From an uncultured Phycisphaerales bacterium (GTDB lineage Bacteria; Planctomycetota; Phycisphaerae; Tepidisphaerales; Tepidisphaeraceae), in the NCBI GenBank assembly GCA_963755915.1, contig CAVWLP010000002.1, positions 4,512,001-4,576,000 of the forward strand: a stretch of 64,000 nt of DNA, read 5' to 3'. This document shows, piece after piece, positions 54,300 to 64,000 of the stretch; position 1 is the stretch's first letter, and each line of letters starts with the position of its first letter. The notes below the pieces were generated by a model. It ran no database searches, had not been told where the DNA came from, and was given only the letters and a program-made list of their open reading frames with translations. The position numbers and the translations under genes are program-made.

Positions 54300-54823
54300 A
54301 TGCGTGACACTCTGGCGGAACTCCTCTCCCACCAATTTGAAGCGTCGCTTTCTATGCTCAATTTCGCCGTGGCCCGCTGCCCGGAATCGAGCTGGAACCA
54401 GCCCGTCGCCGCATGGAAGTTTTGCCAGGCCGCTTTTCATGCCGTCTTCTTCACGGACCTTTACCTTCAGCCCAGTGACGATGCCGAAGCGTTCAAGCGC
54501 CAGCCGTTTCACGTCGAGCACCAGGCGGATTTTGGCGATTACGAAGAATTGGAAGACCGCGAGCAGATTTTGCTGTACGGGAAGCCGTTTGTGGTGAGCT
54601 ATCTACACAACGTGCGTTGCAAGGCGCAGGAGACGATCGCACGGGAATCGGCCGACGTGCTCGCCGGGCCGTCAGGATTTCACTGGCGCAACTGCTCGCG
54701 CACGAGCTTCACGTCTACAACATCCGCCACATCCAACATCACGCGGCCCAATTGAGTCTCCGCCTGCGGCTCGACGCGGACGTGGACGTTCCCTGGGTGG
54801 GCCACGCATGGATAGAAGCCTGA
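54300..54823 (+). CDS. DinB-superfamily protein (frameshift near 54695)
   Basis: QFEASLSML...FHAVFFTDLYL...ELHVYNIRHIQHHAAQL. Confidence 0.8.
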
Positions 54824-55233
54824 AAATCCGAACGCGGCCGACCGCGATGTACCATCCCCTTATCTTTTTTTTGCAGTTCTGCAAACGCCGTTGACCGTCC
54901 AAGAGTTGTATCGAGTCGCAGCAGGATTCAAATTCCGGCACCGCGATCTCACCAAACACTTTGCATGGCAATGGGGCTTTCGTCGGGGGTGTGGCGGGGT
55001 TGGAAATTGCATAGCACCCCATTGCATAAAACTCCCAGGGGAATGCAGAAGTTGAACCGCCGTCCGGTTTTATACCCCGACTCTATTCCGGTCGTTTGAG
55101 ACCAATTGCTTAACCAAATCCTCATCAGGATTGCCTGTCTCCCCGCGAATTTTTTTTTCGCAATCGGGGAATAGCGTTGCGCCATTTCGGGTCTTTGGAG
55201 GGGACGGTTCACTCTTTAAAAGGAGGATCACCC

Positions 55234-56388
55234 ATGACTCGACGGAATTCCTACCGCGTTCTGGCTCTCGTTGCGCCTGTTTGTCTGGCGGCCGGCCAGG
55301 CCTGGGCCCAGTACACGGAGACAAATCTGGTTTCCAACGAGACCGGCGTGGCCCCGGTCGTTGACCCAAACCTGATAGACCCCTGGGGCGTCTCCTTCTC
55401 CGCGACCAGCCCGCTTTGGGTCTCCAACCAGGGTTCGGGAACCGCGACGGTCTACAAAATCACCAACACCTCCAGCTCAGCGACTGAGCTGACCGAGGGC
55501 GTCGCCAACATCGGCAGTGCTTCGCCAAACAACAACAACGGCCCCACCGGCCAGGTGAGCGTAGCCGCGCCGGGCGTCACCACCGCGGCGACAGATTTTG
55601 AGGTCACCGGCAGCAAGTCGGCATTCATTTTCGACAACCTGGACGGCTCAATCTCTGCTTGGCGCGGAGGGCTCACCAGCTCGGCCATCACCGCGACGGT
55701 TGCAGGCGCATCGTTTACCGGCCTGGCGATCGGAGACACCTCGGGCGGCACCGCTGAGATCTTTGCCGCCGACCAGAACAGCGTTAACGTCGATATATTT
55801 AACGGCGCCTGGAACCAGGTCGGCACTTTCACCGATCCCAACCTCCCCGCCGGCTTCACCGCATTCAATGTCCAGAACCTCGGCGGCACCCTCTTCGTCA
55901 CCTATGCAAACCCCAATGACCCGACCGGCGGAATCGTCGACGAATTCAGCACCAACGGCACCATGATCTCCCGTCTGATCACCGACCCGACCGGGGTGCA
56001 TCTCGACACGCCGTGGGGCCTTGCCATTGCCCCCGCGGGCTGGGGACCCTTCGGTGGCGACCTGCTGGTTGGAAATAACGCCGGCGATGGCTCAATCAAC
56101 GCCTACAACCTCGCTGGTGTCCAGCAGGGTCAGATCAATCTCAATACGGGTCTGTTCAGTGAGCAACAGCTATGGGCCCTCACCTTCGGCAACGGCTCCA
56201 GCGCCGGTTCATCGGATATCCTCTATTTCGACGCGGGATACACAGCCGATGCAACCAACGGCCTCGTCGGCGCCATCACCGTTCCCGAGCCCACTAGCGC
56301 GGCCGCCCTTGGCTTACTCGCCATCGGCCAGCTCGTGGCAGGTCGACGGCTGAGGATCTGCCGGAGCGCGGCGAGTTCAAGTTTTTAA
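55234..56388 (+). CDS. TIGR03118-family PEP-CTERM protein
   Basis: YTETNLVSN, DPNLIDPWG, GPTGQV, FNVQNLGG.LFVTYA, LWALTFGNG; C-terminal VPEP-TM-RR. Confidence 0.9.
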   Translation: MTRRNSYRVLALVAPVCLAAGQAWAQYTETNLVSNETGVAPVVDPNLIDPWGVSFSATSPLWVSNQGSGTATVYKITNTSSSATELTEGVANIGSASPNNNNGPTGQVSVAAPGVTTAATDFEVTGSKSAFIFDNLDGSISAWRGGLTSSAITATVAGASFTGLAIGDTSGGTAEIFAADQNSVNVDIFNGAWNQVGTFTDPNLPAGFTAFNVQNLGGTLFVTYANPNDPTGGIVDEFSTNGTMISRLITDPTGVHLDTPWGLAIAPAGWGPFGGDLLVGNNAGDGSINAYNLAGVQQGQINLNTGLFSEQQLWALTFGNGSSAGSSDILYFDAGYTADATNGLVGAITVPEPTSAAALGLLAIGQLVAGRRLRICRSAASSSF

Positions 56389-56422
56389 AGATTTGAATTT
56401 GGAATACTTCGGTCCGAGCGGT

Positions 56423-58004
56423 CTATTTCTTCGCCGCCGCCACTTCCGTCGTATCCGCCGCTGTTTCAACCGTGCATTGCTCCGGCGGAATGTCGTTCAA
56501 AATCCGCTGAACCTCAATCATGCTGGCAACCGGCTTGCCCGCGATGGCGGTGATCACCATTCCCGCGCGAACCCCCTGCTTCTTCAGCGGGCTGTCGTCC
56601 TGGATGCCAACGACCAGGATTCCATTGCGATGTTTGTCATCCCCCGCGACCGGCGTCCAGTTTGCCGGCACCGGCCCGAGCACCATGCCGCGCCAGTAGA
56701 GCCGCTGGTTTTCGCTGCTGACGACGAACTGCACCGGCCGTTTAACGGGCGTGACGTTGATGGAAAGTTTTTTGCCGCCGCGGGCGATGCCGATCTGCAC
56801 GGCATGTCCGACCGGCGTCGCCCCGACCATCCGGACGAAATGATCGGTATCCGGCACAGCCTGCCCATCGATGCCGATGATCAGGTCTCCGGTCTTGAGC
56901 CCATCCGCCGCCGCGGGCGAGGCGTCTTCGACCGTCTCGACGCAGACGCCGATCTCCTCACGTAACCCGGCTTCTTCCCGCTGCTTCATCGTCGGCGTGG
57001 CAACCGTGACCCCGACATATCCATAAATCACCTCGCGCCCCTGCTCGAGCTGGCCGATTTCATCCAGAAGAGTGCGGGTAACCGGAAGCGCAAAGCCGAT
57101 TCCGTTGGTCTGCTTCTGCGGCAGGATCACAGCCGTGTCGATGCCGATCACGCGCCCGTCGAGATCCAGCAGCGGCCCACCCGAATTCCCCGGATTAATC
57201 TGCGCCGTTGTCTGGATGAGGTTGAAATAGAGCCGGTCTTCCTTGATCGCCAATCGCGGCAGCGACCGATCGGTGGCGCTGACGACGCCGACGCTCATGG
57301 CCATCTGCCCCTCGGTCGCCAGACCGTATGGATTGCCGATGGTGATGGCCCACTGCCCGCGCTGAGGGGGATCGGCAGCAAAGGTCACGGTCGGCAGATT
57401 CGTTGCCGGAATCTTCAGGACCGCGAGGTCGGCCCGCGGGTCAGCGCCGACGATAATCGCGGGGAAAACGCGGTGATCGTCGGTGGTCACCCAGAACTGT
57501 TCGGAGCCTTCGATGACGTGCTCGTTGGTGACAATGAACCCGTCGGCGTCGACGATGAAGCCGGTGCCGATGGTTCGCGTCGTTTTGTCGAGAACCGTCT
57601 GAAGCAGCTGCGGGTTCATCGCCTCGGAGCGAACCGTGTCGTCCGCGGGGCTGGCGACTTCGGCAGCGGAGATCGAAACCACCGCCGGCGCCACGCGACG
57701 CGCCACGCCTTCGAATTGCCCCTGTAGCGCCGAGATGTCCAGAGCATCGACGTCATCGGTCACCACCGGCATGTCAGCGGGATTGCCGGCGATCCGATCG
57801 GCACGGGGTGGTGCATGGGGCGGTGCATCATTAACGGCCGGCCCGCCGGCCCCGGCGGAACTTCCCTGGGCGACGGGCGCAGATTCGCGCCGATGCGCAG
57901 TTTCCGCCGTGGTTCCAGCCATGGCCTCCGAGTCCGGCGACAAGCGAGAGCCCGGCAAAGATCGCTGCTACACCGCGTGCGCGCCCGATGAGAGGTAGAC
58001 CCAT
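56423..58004 (-). CDS. Trypsin-like (HtrA) serine protease with PDZ domains (5' frameshift)
   Basis: [24 protein letters not shown]; the signal-like N-terminus from ATG 58004 is in another frame. Confidence 0.88.
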
Positions 58005-58076
58005 ACGGACGTATTATCGGTCAACGGGCCGCTGGGCTTCGATTTCCCGGCCAAGGCATTTGTTAAGGCCGGCGGC

Positions 58077-59278
58077 TTAAGCCTCCGCCGGGGCCGCGGC
58101 GCCGCTGCGCTGGCTCACGGCGCTGCGGTTTTCGAGGACCGCCTTGCGAATTTCCTCGGCAAGGTCCTTATTATCTACCAGGAATTGCTTGGCATTTTCC
58201 CGGCCCTGGCCGAGGCGGGTGGTCTTGAAATTGAACCATGCCCCGCTCTTTTCCACGACATTCGCTAGAACCGCCAGATCCAGCAAATCTCCTTCGTAGC
58301 TGATGCCGCGGTCGAACATGATGTCGAATTCGGCATCGCGGAACGGCGGCGCGATCTTGTTTTTGACGACCCGGGCGCGGGTGCGGCAGCCGACGGAAAC
58401 TTCCCCCTCCTTGATCGTGCCGGTGCGGCGGACGTCGATTCGCACGCTGGAATAGAACTTCAGCGCCCGGCCGCCGGGGGTGGTTTCGGGATTGCCGAAC
58501 ATGACGCCGATCTTCTCGCGGATCTGGTTGATGAAAATGACGGTGGACCGGCTCTTGGAGATGGCGCCGGTAAGTTTGCGCATCGCCTGGCTCATGAGCC
58601 GGGCCTGGAGGCCGACGTGGGTGTCGCCCATCTCCCCTTCGATTTCCGCGCGAGGGATCAGGGCGGCGACGGAGTCGATGACGATGACATCGACGGCGTT
58701 GGATCGCACCAGCAATTCGCAGATTTCCAGCGCCTGCTCGCCGGTATCGGGCTGCGAAACCAGCAAGTCGTCGAGCTGAACGCCGAGGCGCTTGGCCCAG
58801 GAGGGATCGAGGGCGTGCTCGGCATCGATGAACGCGGCAACGCCGCCGGCCTTCTGGGCGTTGGCGATGATGTGCAGGGTGAGGGTCGTTTTGCCGCTGG
58901 ATTCGGGGCCGAAGACTTCGAGAACGCGGCCGCGCGGCACACCGTTGCCGCCGAGGGCGATGTCGAGGCTCAGCGAGCCGGTGGGGATGCCGTCGACGCT
59001 GGCCTTCTGCTCGTCGAGCTTCATGACGGCGCCCTTGCCGAATTGCTTTTCGATCTGCTGGACGGCGCGGGAAAGCGCCGAATCGCGAGCGGGATCGTGC
59101 GGCGGCGCGGCTTCCTTCGGCGCGGCCTTTTTTGCCTCAGCGCCGGGGATTTGGCCGCTTCTTTGGCGGGCTCTTTCACTTCACGGACAACAGATTCACG
59201 AACGGCAGTTGCGGAGGAAGAGGGATGGTCCTTCTTCGCGTCCGTCTTTTCGAGGGACTTGATCACGGGAGACTCCAT
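58077..59278 (-). CDS. recA: Recombinase A with a probable N-terminal extension (frameshift near 59140)
   Basis: [43 protein letters not shown] lies upstream of the track start. Confidence 0.97.
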
Positions 59279-59417
59279 TTCCGCCGGGTATCTTGTTCAG
59301 CCGGCGCTATTTAGCGGTGACTTAATGCGGGCGATGGTCATGCCGGACGGCTCTCGTGCCGGACGGCGTCAACCAAGCCCCGCAACTGAACTCGACGGAA
59401 GTCACCATACCGTCCCT

Positions 59418-59432
59418 GTTCAGTGTTTGTTC
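59418..59432 (-). promoter_or_regulatory. Candidate LexA box at the recA promoter
   Basis: GTTC-N7-GTTC just downstream of a minus-strand TTGCAT-N16-TATTAT promoter. Confidence 0.55.
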
Positions 59433-59582
59433 GGGTATAATATCGAGCATCGGCAGGAATGCAATTGGAAAAACAGAAAAAAAATTTGGGGGATATATAT
59501 TTGTAGTTTCGATGACAACCTTGCGTACCGCCAGCCCGTTGCTCGACCGGTCGAGAGGGGACGGCGAGGCGCAATCCGGATA

Positions 59583-60827
59583 GTGATTTGTTTTCTGGGG
59601 GTGCTGATCGCGCTGGGGGCGATTACGTATCGACATCAGTGGTCGGCACAGCCGGGGTTTGAAGAGGGGAATGCCGCGATTCATTTGCTGCGGGGTGAAG
59701 GGTTTGCCAGCCCGTTTTATCTTGGGCCGGCAAGTGCGCCTCCGTCCGCATATTGCGCGCCGGTTTATCCGCTGATCATCGCGGGCTGTTATTGCGTTGC
59801 GCCAGTGCACGGGGCGATTTTGCTCCTGCTGATCAACTGCGTCTGTATGGGCGTTATCGCAACCAGCCTTTATGAGCTGGGACGATTCTATATTTCGCGT
59901 GCCGCTGGAATCCTGGCGGCGGTGTTGCTCCTGGTTCATCCGGCATTCCTGTTTTACGCGGGAGATTTGTGGGACGCCTTTGTCGCGATGGCGATTTTTA
60001 TGGCGATGGTTTGTTTCGCGGCGTATCTGCCTTCACTCAAAAGACGCGTAGCCCGAGCGGGGACGCTGGGAGTGGGTATGGGGGTGCTGCTGCTGACCAG
60101 TCCCGCGTATGCACTTGCTTGTCCGTTGATCGTGGCAGTTGCGTTACGGCGGGGCAAGATGAAGATGCAAATTTACGGCGCGGCATCAGCGCTGGCGGGA
60201 GCGGCAATCGTGCTGGGGCCGTGGACGGTTCGCAATTGGGAGGTTTTCCATCGCGCGTACTTTGTGAGGGACGAGCTGAATTTTGAGCTGCGCGAGGGGA
60301 ATGTGTGGTTTGCGACGGGCTGGATGGGGTCGGAGCTTCGGAACGAGAATCTGTATTCCAATGCGGAACAGCGCGGAATGGTGCTTTCGCTCGGTGAGCC
60401 GGCTTATTTTGACCTGTGCGGGCAGCAGTTTCGGAGCCAATTTGGGCAAAATCCCGCGGCGTTCTGGATGCGCAGTGTGCGAAGGCTGGTCTATATATTC
60501 ATCAGCGATCCAACCCAGGCGCAGCTCAGGTTTCCGCTCCTGCCGGACGTTCGATGGCGCGGAATCGCCATCGATCGGCTTCTTCTGCACGGTTTTTTTG
60601 TGATTGGGGGGATTTCGGGGGCCTGGCTGGCGTGGCGGCGAAAACTGGCGTGTGCCTGGATATTTTTCGCGGCGTTTCTTGCCGTCGTGCCGTTTGTATT
60701 CTGCACCGTGGATGACCGTTACGTCCTGCCACTGCGAGCGGTGATGATTTTGTTCACGGGAATCCTGATTTGGGAGGTCAGACGGCGATTGAAGACCGGC
60801 GGCTGGCCAGGGAAAGCAGAAGGTTGA
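59583..60827 (+). CDS. GT-C (family 39/ArnT-like) membrane glycosyltransferase
   Basis: SAYCAPVYP, PWTVRNW, RYVLP; many TM segments. Start position uncertain. Confidence 0.75.
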   Translation: MICFLGVLIALGAITYRHQWSAQPGFEEGNAAIHLLRGEGFASPFYLGPASAPPSAYCAPVYPLIIAGCYCVAPVHGAILLLLINCVCMGVIATSLYELGRFYISRAAGILAAVLLLVHPAFLFYAGDLWDAFVAMAIFMAMVCFAAYLPSLKRRVARAGTLGVGMGVLLLTSPAYALACPLIVAVALRRGKMKMQIYGAASALAGAAIVLGPWTVRNWEVFHRAYFVRDELNFELREGNVWFATGWMGSELRNENLYSNAEQRGMVLSLGEPAYFDLCGQQFRSQFGQNPAAFWMRSVRRLVYIFISDPTQAQLRFPLLPDVRWRGIAIDRLLLHGFFVIGGISGAWLAWRRKLACAWIFFAAFLAVVPFVFCTVDDRYVLPLRAVMILFTGILIWEVRRRLKTGGWPGKAEG

Positions 60828-61015
60828 TAAGACGATTGGCGCGTGATTACAAAACAAAATTGGGCGTGCGGCCCTGGGGAATCGGAGCCTGTGCTCCGCT
60901 GATCGTGATCTCGGCGGCGATTCAATATCTGGCGTGGCGGAATAAGTGCGCGACGTTTGATGAGACCCCGATCGCGGTGCTGGGGCACGCGATTTATGTT
61001 TATGCCACGCCGTGA
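60824..61015 (+). pseudogene. Possible internally deleted GT-C gene remnant
   Basis: One TM plus KCATFDE joined directly to PIAVLGHAIYVY*. Confidence 0.4.
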
Positions 61016-61560
61016 CCGGGCGGGGGGAAAGTGGCGACGCGGGTGTAATTCGGGCCGTCCTGGTCAAGCCGGCTTTCCATGAGATAGAACTCGTGGATTT
61101 CGGAACTGATGCATAGAAGACTGGCGCTTGTCACGGCCGATCTCGCGCCGGTGGCTGATCGATCTTTCACGCGCCCAATCGTGACGTGGGGCCTCCATCG
61201 CCGGCCTTCCAGCGGAAAGCCCGCGGCGTGACATGCCTGGTCGATTTCAGATTGCAATTCCGCACAAAGTCCCCCCTCGTCCTTCATCGCGGCCGCGATA
61301 ATCCGGATCGGCCCATGCGGCGGAAAGCAAACCAGCCCGGCGGTTTGCAGGGCCAGCGCTTCATCGAAACGCACGCCGCGCAGTTCCTCGATTATTTTCG
61401 GGAGGTGCGGGTCCGGAGTTTCGCCGAGAAATTTGAGCGTAATGTGGAATTGATCGACCGGCGTCCACTTTGCCTTGACCATTTCCGCCAGTTGCTCCTG
61501 AGCGCGCCGCAGAGAATTTCGCACCTCATCGGGAAGCTCGATGGAGACGAAAAGGCGCAT
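61000..61560 (-). CDS. thpR: RNA 2',3'-cyclic phosphodiesterase
   Basis: MRLFVSI, HITLKFLG, PHVTIGR (two HxT motifs). Confidence 0.93.
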   Translation of the reverse strand: MRLFVSIELPDEVRNSLRRAQEQLAEMVKAKWTPVDQFHITLKFLGETPDPHLPKIIEELRGVRFDEALALQTAGLVCFPPHGPIRIIAAAMKDEGGLCAELQSEIDQACHAAGFPLEGRRWRPHVTIGRVKDRSATGARSAVTSASLLCISSEIHEFYLMESRLDQDGPNYTRVATFPPPGHGVA

Positions 61561-61569
61561 GGGGAATAT

Positions 61570-62472
61570 TCAGAACGACATTGCCGACTTGAGGCTTTCC
61601 CAGCGCTGGTCGATCTGCTCGCGGGTGGCGGCGGCGAGTCCGCCAAGTGAGAAATCGGAAATCGTGAAGCTGGCGACAACCGTTCCAAACGCGAGCGCTC
61701 GCTTAATGGTAGCGCCGGACATGGATCCCTGGGTGGCGAGATATCCCATCATTCCACCGGCGAAACTGTCGCCGGCGCCGGTGGGATCGACCACTTTTTC
61801 GGCCGGATAGGCCGGCAAAACGAATGTTTCGCGATCGCTGACCAGCAGGCAGCCATGTTCGCCCTTCTTGATAACGACGAATTTCGGCCCCATCTTCAAA
61901 ACATCGCGCGCCGCGGCGATCAGATTCTTCTGCTCGGTGAGGAGCCGCGCTTCCCCGTCGTTGAGGACCAGGCCGTGGATTTTCGAGAGCAGTTTTCCCA
62001 GGTGCTGCCGCTCGGTCTGAATCCAGAGGTTCATCGTGTCGGCCACCACGAGCTGGGGCGATTTCAGCATCCCCAGCGTTTCCTGCTGCAGCGCCGGATG
62101 CGTATTGGCCAGAAACACGAAGCGGCTGTCGAGAAACTCGGCCGGAATTTTGGGAGCCCGCTCCGCGAGCACGTTGAGATCGACCTCGACGGTTTCGGCG
62201 GCATTGAGGTCTTTCAGATATGATCCGTGCCAGCGGAACGTTTTCGAGCCTTTGCGGATCTCCAGGCCGGAAGTGTCGATGTTCCGCCCGCGGAAAACGT
62301 CGAGGAGCGCTTTTGGGCAATCCTCCCCCACCACGCCGACGAGGCGCACGGGCGTGAAGAACGCGGCGGCGTGGGAGAAGTAGACGGCCGAGCCGCCAAT
62401 GACATCCTGCCGCGAGCCGAAGGGCGTTTCGACGTTATCGATCCCGATGGAGCCGGTGACCAGCAATGACAT
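61570..62472 (-). CDS. PfkB-family sugar/nucleoside kinase
   Basis: GGSAVYF, DTMNLWI, VDPTGAGDSFAGG. Confidence 0.92.
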   Translation of the reverse strand: MSLLVTGSIGIDNVETPFGSRQDVIGGSAVYFSHAAAFFTPVRLVGVVGEDCPKALLDVFRGRNIDTSGLEIRKGSKTFRWHGSYLKDLNAAETVEVDLNVLAERAPKIPAEFLDSRFVFLANTHPALQQETLGMLKSPQLVVADTMNLWIQTERQHLGKLLSKIHGLVLNDGEARLLTEQKNLIAAARDVLKMGPKFVVIKKGEHGCLLVSDRETFVLPAYPAEKVVDPTGAGDSFAGGMMGYLATQGSMSGATIKRALAFGTVVASFTISDFSLGGLAAATREQIDQRWESLKSAMSF

Positions 62473-62540
62473 GAATTCTCCAAAGAATAATACGATCCAA
62501 ATCCAGGCGACAGTCGGTAACATACTTTTAGAAATCGATT

Positions 62541-63141
62541 ATGCCCAGCCCCGCCTATCTCAAGCCCTATCTCGATGCCGTTCAGCGGCATGGCGCCGGA
62601 TTCGAATCGCTCCTCTGGGCCAATCCCGCTTCGCAGGCGGCGCGATTTGCGGCACTGGTGCGTTGGTGCGAGCTGGAGAACCGGGTGATCCTCGATGCAG
62701 GGTGCGGGCGGGCAGATTTTCTCGACTATGTGCTGGCGAAGGGAATCCGACCGGCGCGATATATCGGAATCGAAGCGGTCGAGGACCTGGCGGCGGCCGC
62801 CAGACACAAAGACTTGCCGCGCACCGAAATTGTCTCCGGGGATTTTATCGATGATCCGTCGCTTCTGGACCGCGGCGCCGACGTGGTCATCTTCAGCGGT
62901 TCGCTGAACACCCTTTCGGTGGCGCAGTTCTATCAATCGCTGCAACTCGGCTGGCGGCATACTGCGCAGCGAGCTGGCTTTCAATTTTTTGTGCTCGCCT
63001 CGACTTGCTTACGGAACGCATCTGACGTGGCACGCGCTTTCGGATATTCGCAAGTTTGCCTACGAATTGACGAGCGACGTGGCAATCGACGACAGCTACC
63101 GCGACGGGGATTGCACGATCGTGTTGCGGAAGACCGAATAA
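62541..63141 (+). CDS. Class I SAM-dependent methyltransferase (frameshift near 62965)
   Basis: QAARF, ILDAGCGRAD, SGSLN. Confidence 0.82.
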
Positions 63142-63182
63142 ACTTTCCTAAGTGGGAACGCAAAATGATTGCGGATGTCTTT

Positions 63183-63296
63183 CCCCTCGCCCGGTACTCC
63201 GGGAGAGGGCAAGCGCAGCGCGGGTGAGGGCCGTTTTCTGCGCGATTCGCTCAAGGCCCTCACCCCAACCCTCTCCCGGATTACCGGGAGAGGGGG
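63183..63296. repeat. REP-like inverted pair, family D
   Basis: CCCCTCGCCCGGTACTCCGGGAGAGGG...GGGTGAGGGCC / GGCCCTCACCCCAACCCTCTCCCGGATTACCGGGAGAGGG, between convergent genes. Confidence 0.85.
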
Positions 63297-63330
63297 TAAA
63301 GAAATGACCGTAATCATTTTGCGTTCCTGC

Positions 63331-64000
63331 TTAGCTCTCGGGCTGCTCAATCGCCTGCGGCAATTCGGGCGGCGTGCTCCCCGTCAGCGAAGCAAGGATG
63401 CGCTCCGCATGTACATGGCAATTCTCGATGAAGATTCGGTATTTCGATTGTGTGCCCGCGATGGCGGTCCCCGCGAGATAAACCCCGGGCACATTCGTTT
63501 CCATCGTCTGCGGGTTGAACGTGGGAACGTCTCCGGACTCTTTCAAATCCACCCCCGCCATTTGGCAGAGCGTCATGTCGGCCTCGTAGCCAATCAGCAG
63601 GAGGACAAAATCGGCGGGGACTTCAACCGTCCTTCCGTCGGCAAGCGCGATCAGCGCCCCGCCGGGGCGGATTTCGCGGATGGTGGAACTCATGAACGCC
63701 TTGATGCAACCGGCTTGAATAAGACCGTTCAGTTCCGGCCAGAGCCAGTATTTGATACTGGTGGCGTCGAACTTTTCGCGGCGATAGCTCACGGAAACAT
63801 TGGCCCCGCAATGATGGGAGCGGAGCATCGCCTCGACCGCTGAATTGCGGCCGCCGACGATGAGGAGATTTTTTCGGAAATATTCGTGGGGATCCTGAAA
63901 ATAGGAGCTGACGTGCGGGAGGTTTTCGCCAGGAACCCCCAAACGCCGCGGGCGGTCAGTGCCGCCGGTGGCGAGGATCAGTTTTTTGACGCGATATTCC
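63331..64000 (-). CDS. YpdA-like FAD/NAD(P)H disulfide oxidoreductase (5' end beyond window)
   Basis: VPGENLPHVS, VGGRNSAVE, ETNVPGVYLAG, IFIENCHVH. Confidence 0.85.
   Translation of the reverse strand, partial: EYRVKKLILATGGTDRPRRLGVPGENLPHVSSYFQDPHEYFRKNLLIVGGRNSAVEAMLRSHHCGANVSVSYRREKFDATSIKYWLWPELNGLIQAGCIKAFMSSTIREIRPGGALIALADGRTVEVPADFVLLLIGYEADMTLCQMAGVDLKESGDVPTFNPQTMETNVPGVYLAGTAIAGTQSKYRIFIENCHVHAERILASLTGSTPPELPQAIEQPES

Noticed and set aside
58617-59582. N-terminal part of the 736-aa ORF
   Set aside because: It overlaps recA antisense and the recA promoter; only the part from about 59580 looks like a real membrane protein.
1-64000. About 20 frameshifted genes as pseudogenes or programmed frameshifts
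   Set aside because: The breaks hit core genes (zwf, pgm, recA), I noticed no in-frame stops or other decay in the joined frames, and there is no shared slippery motif. Long-read indel error is the best explanation.

Overview
This is a GC-rich bacterial window, most likely Planctomycetota (probably Phycisphaerae/Tepidisphaera-like). The assignment is an inference from an LEPR-XLL-type N-terminal motif, PEP-CTERM proteins and many apparently leaderless genes. About 20 genes carry single-base frameshifts, which looks like long-read sequencing error rather than pseudogenisation. Gene content: a pgm-zwf-gnd-glucokinase cluster; an orphan HigA antitoxin with a short HigB scar; a zinc alcohol dehydrogenase; a TetR plus CarF/TMEM189-family desaturase pair sharing a palindromic operator; a GH78 rhamnosidase; a K+ channel; two HtrA proteases; a class I aldolase; an RND efflux system with a two-component system; and core genes (thyX, mfd, dapB, thrC, recA, thpR). 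The most notable signals: (1) a complete group II intron (30132-32104, minus strand) inserted precisely inside a REP-like palindrome, with an intron-free copy of that palindrome at 8038-8109; (2) a 24-nt mini-element present twice, each time inserted at a G^T step in a different palindrome, where removing it restores the hairpin; (3) a TetR-controlled CarF-like desaturase module; (4) a GTTC-N7-GTTC LexA-like box at the recA promoter.
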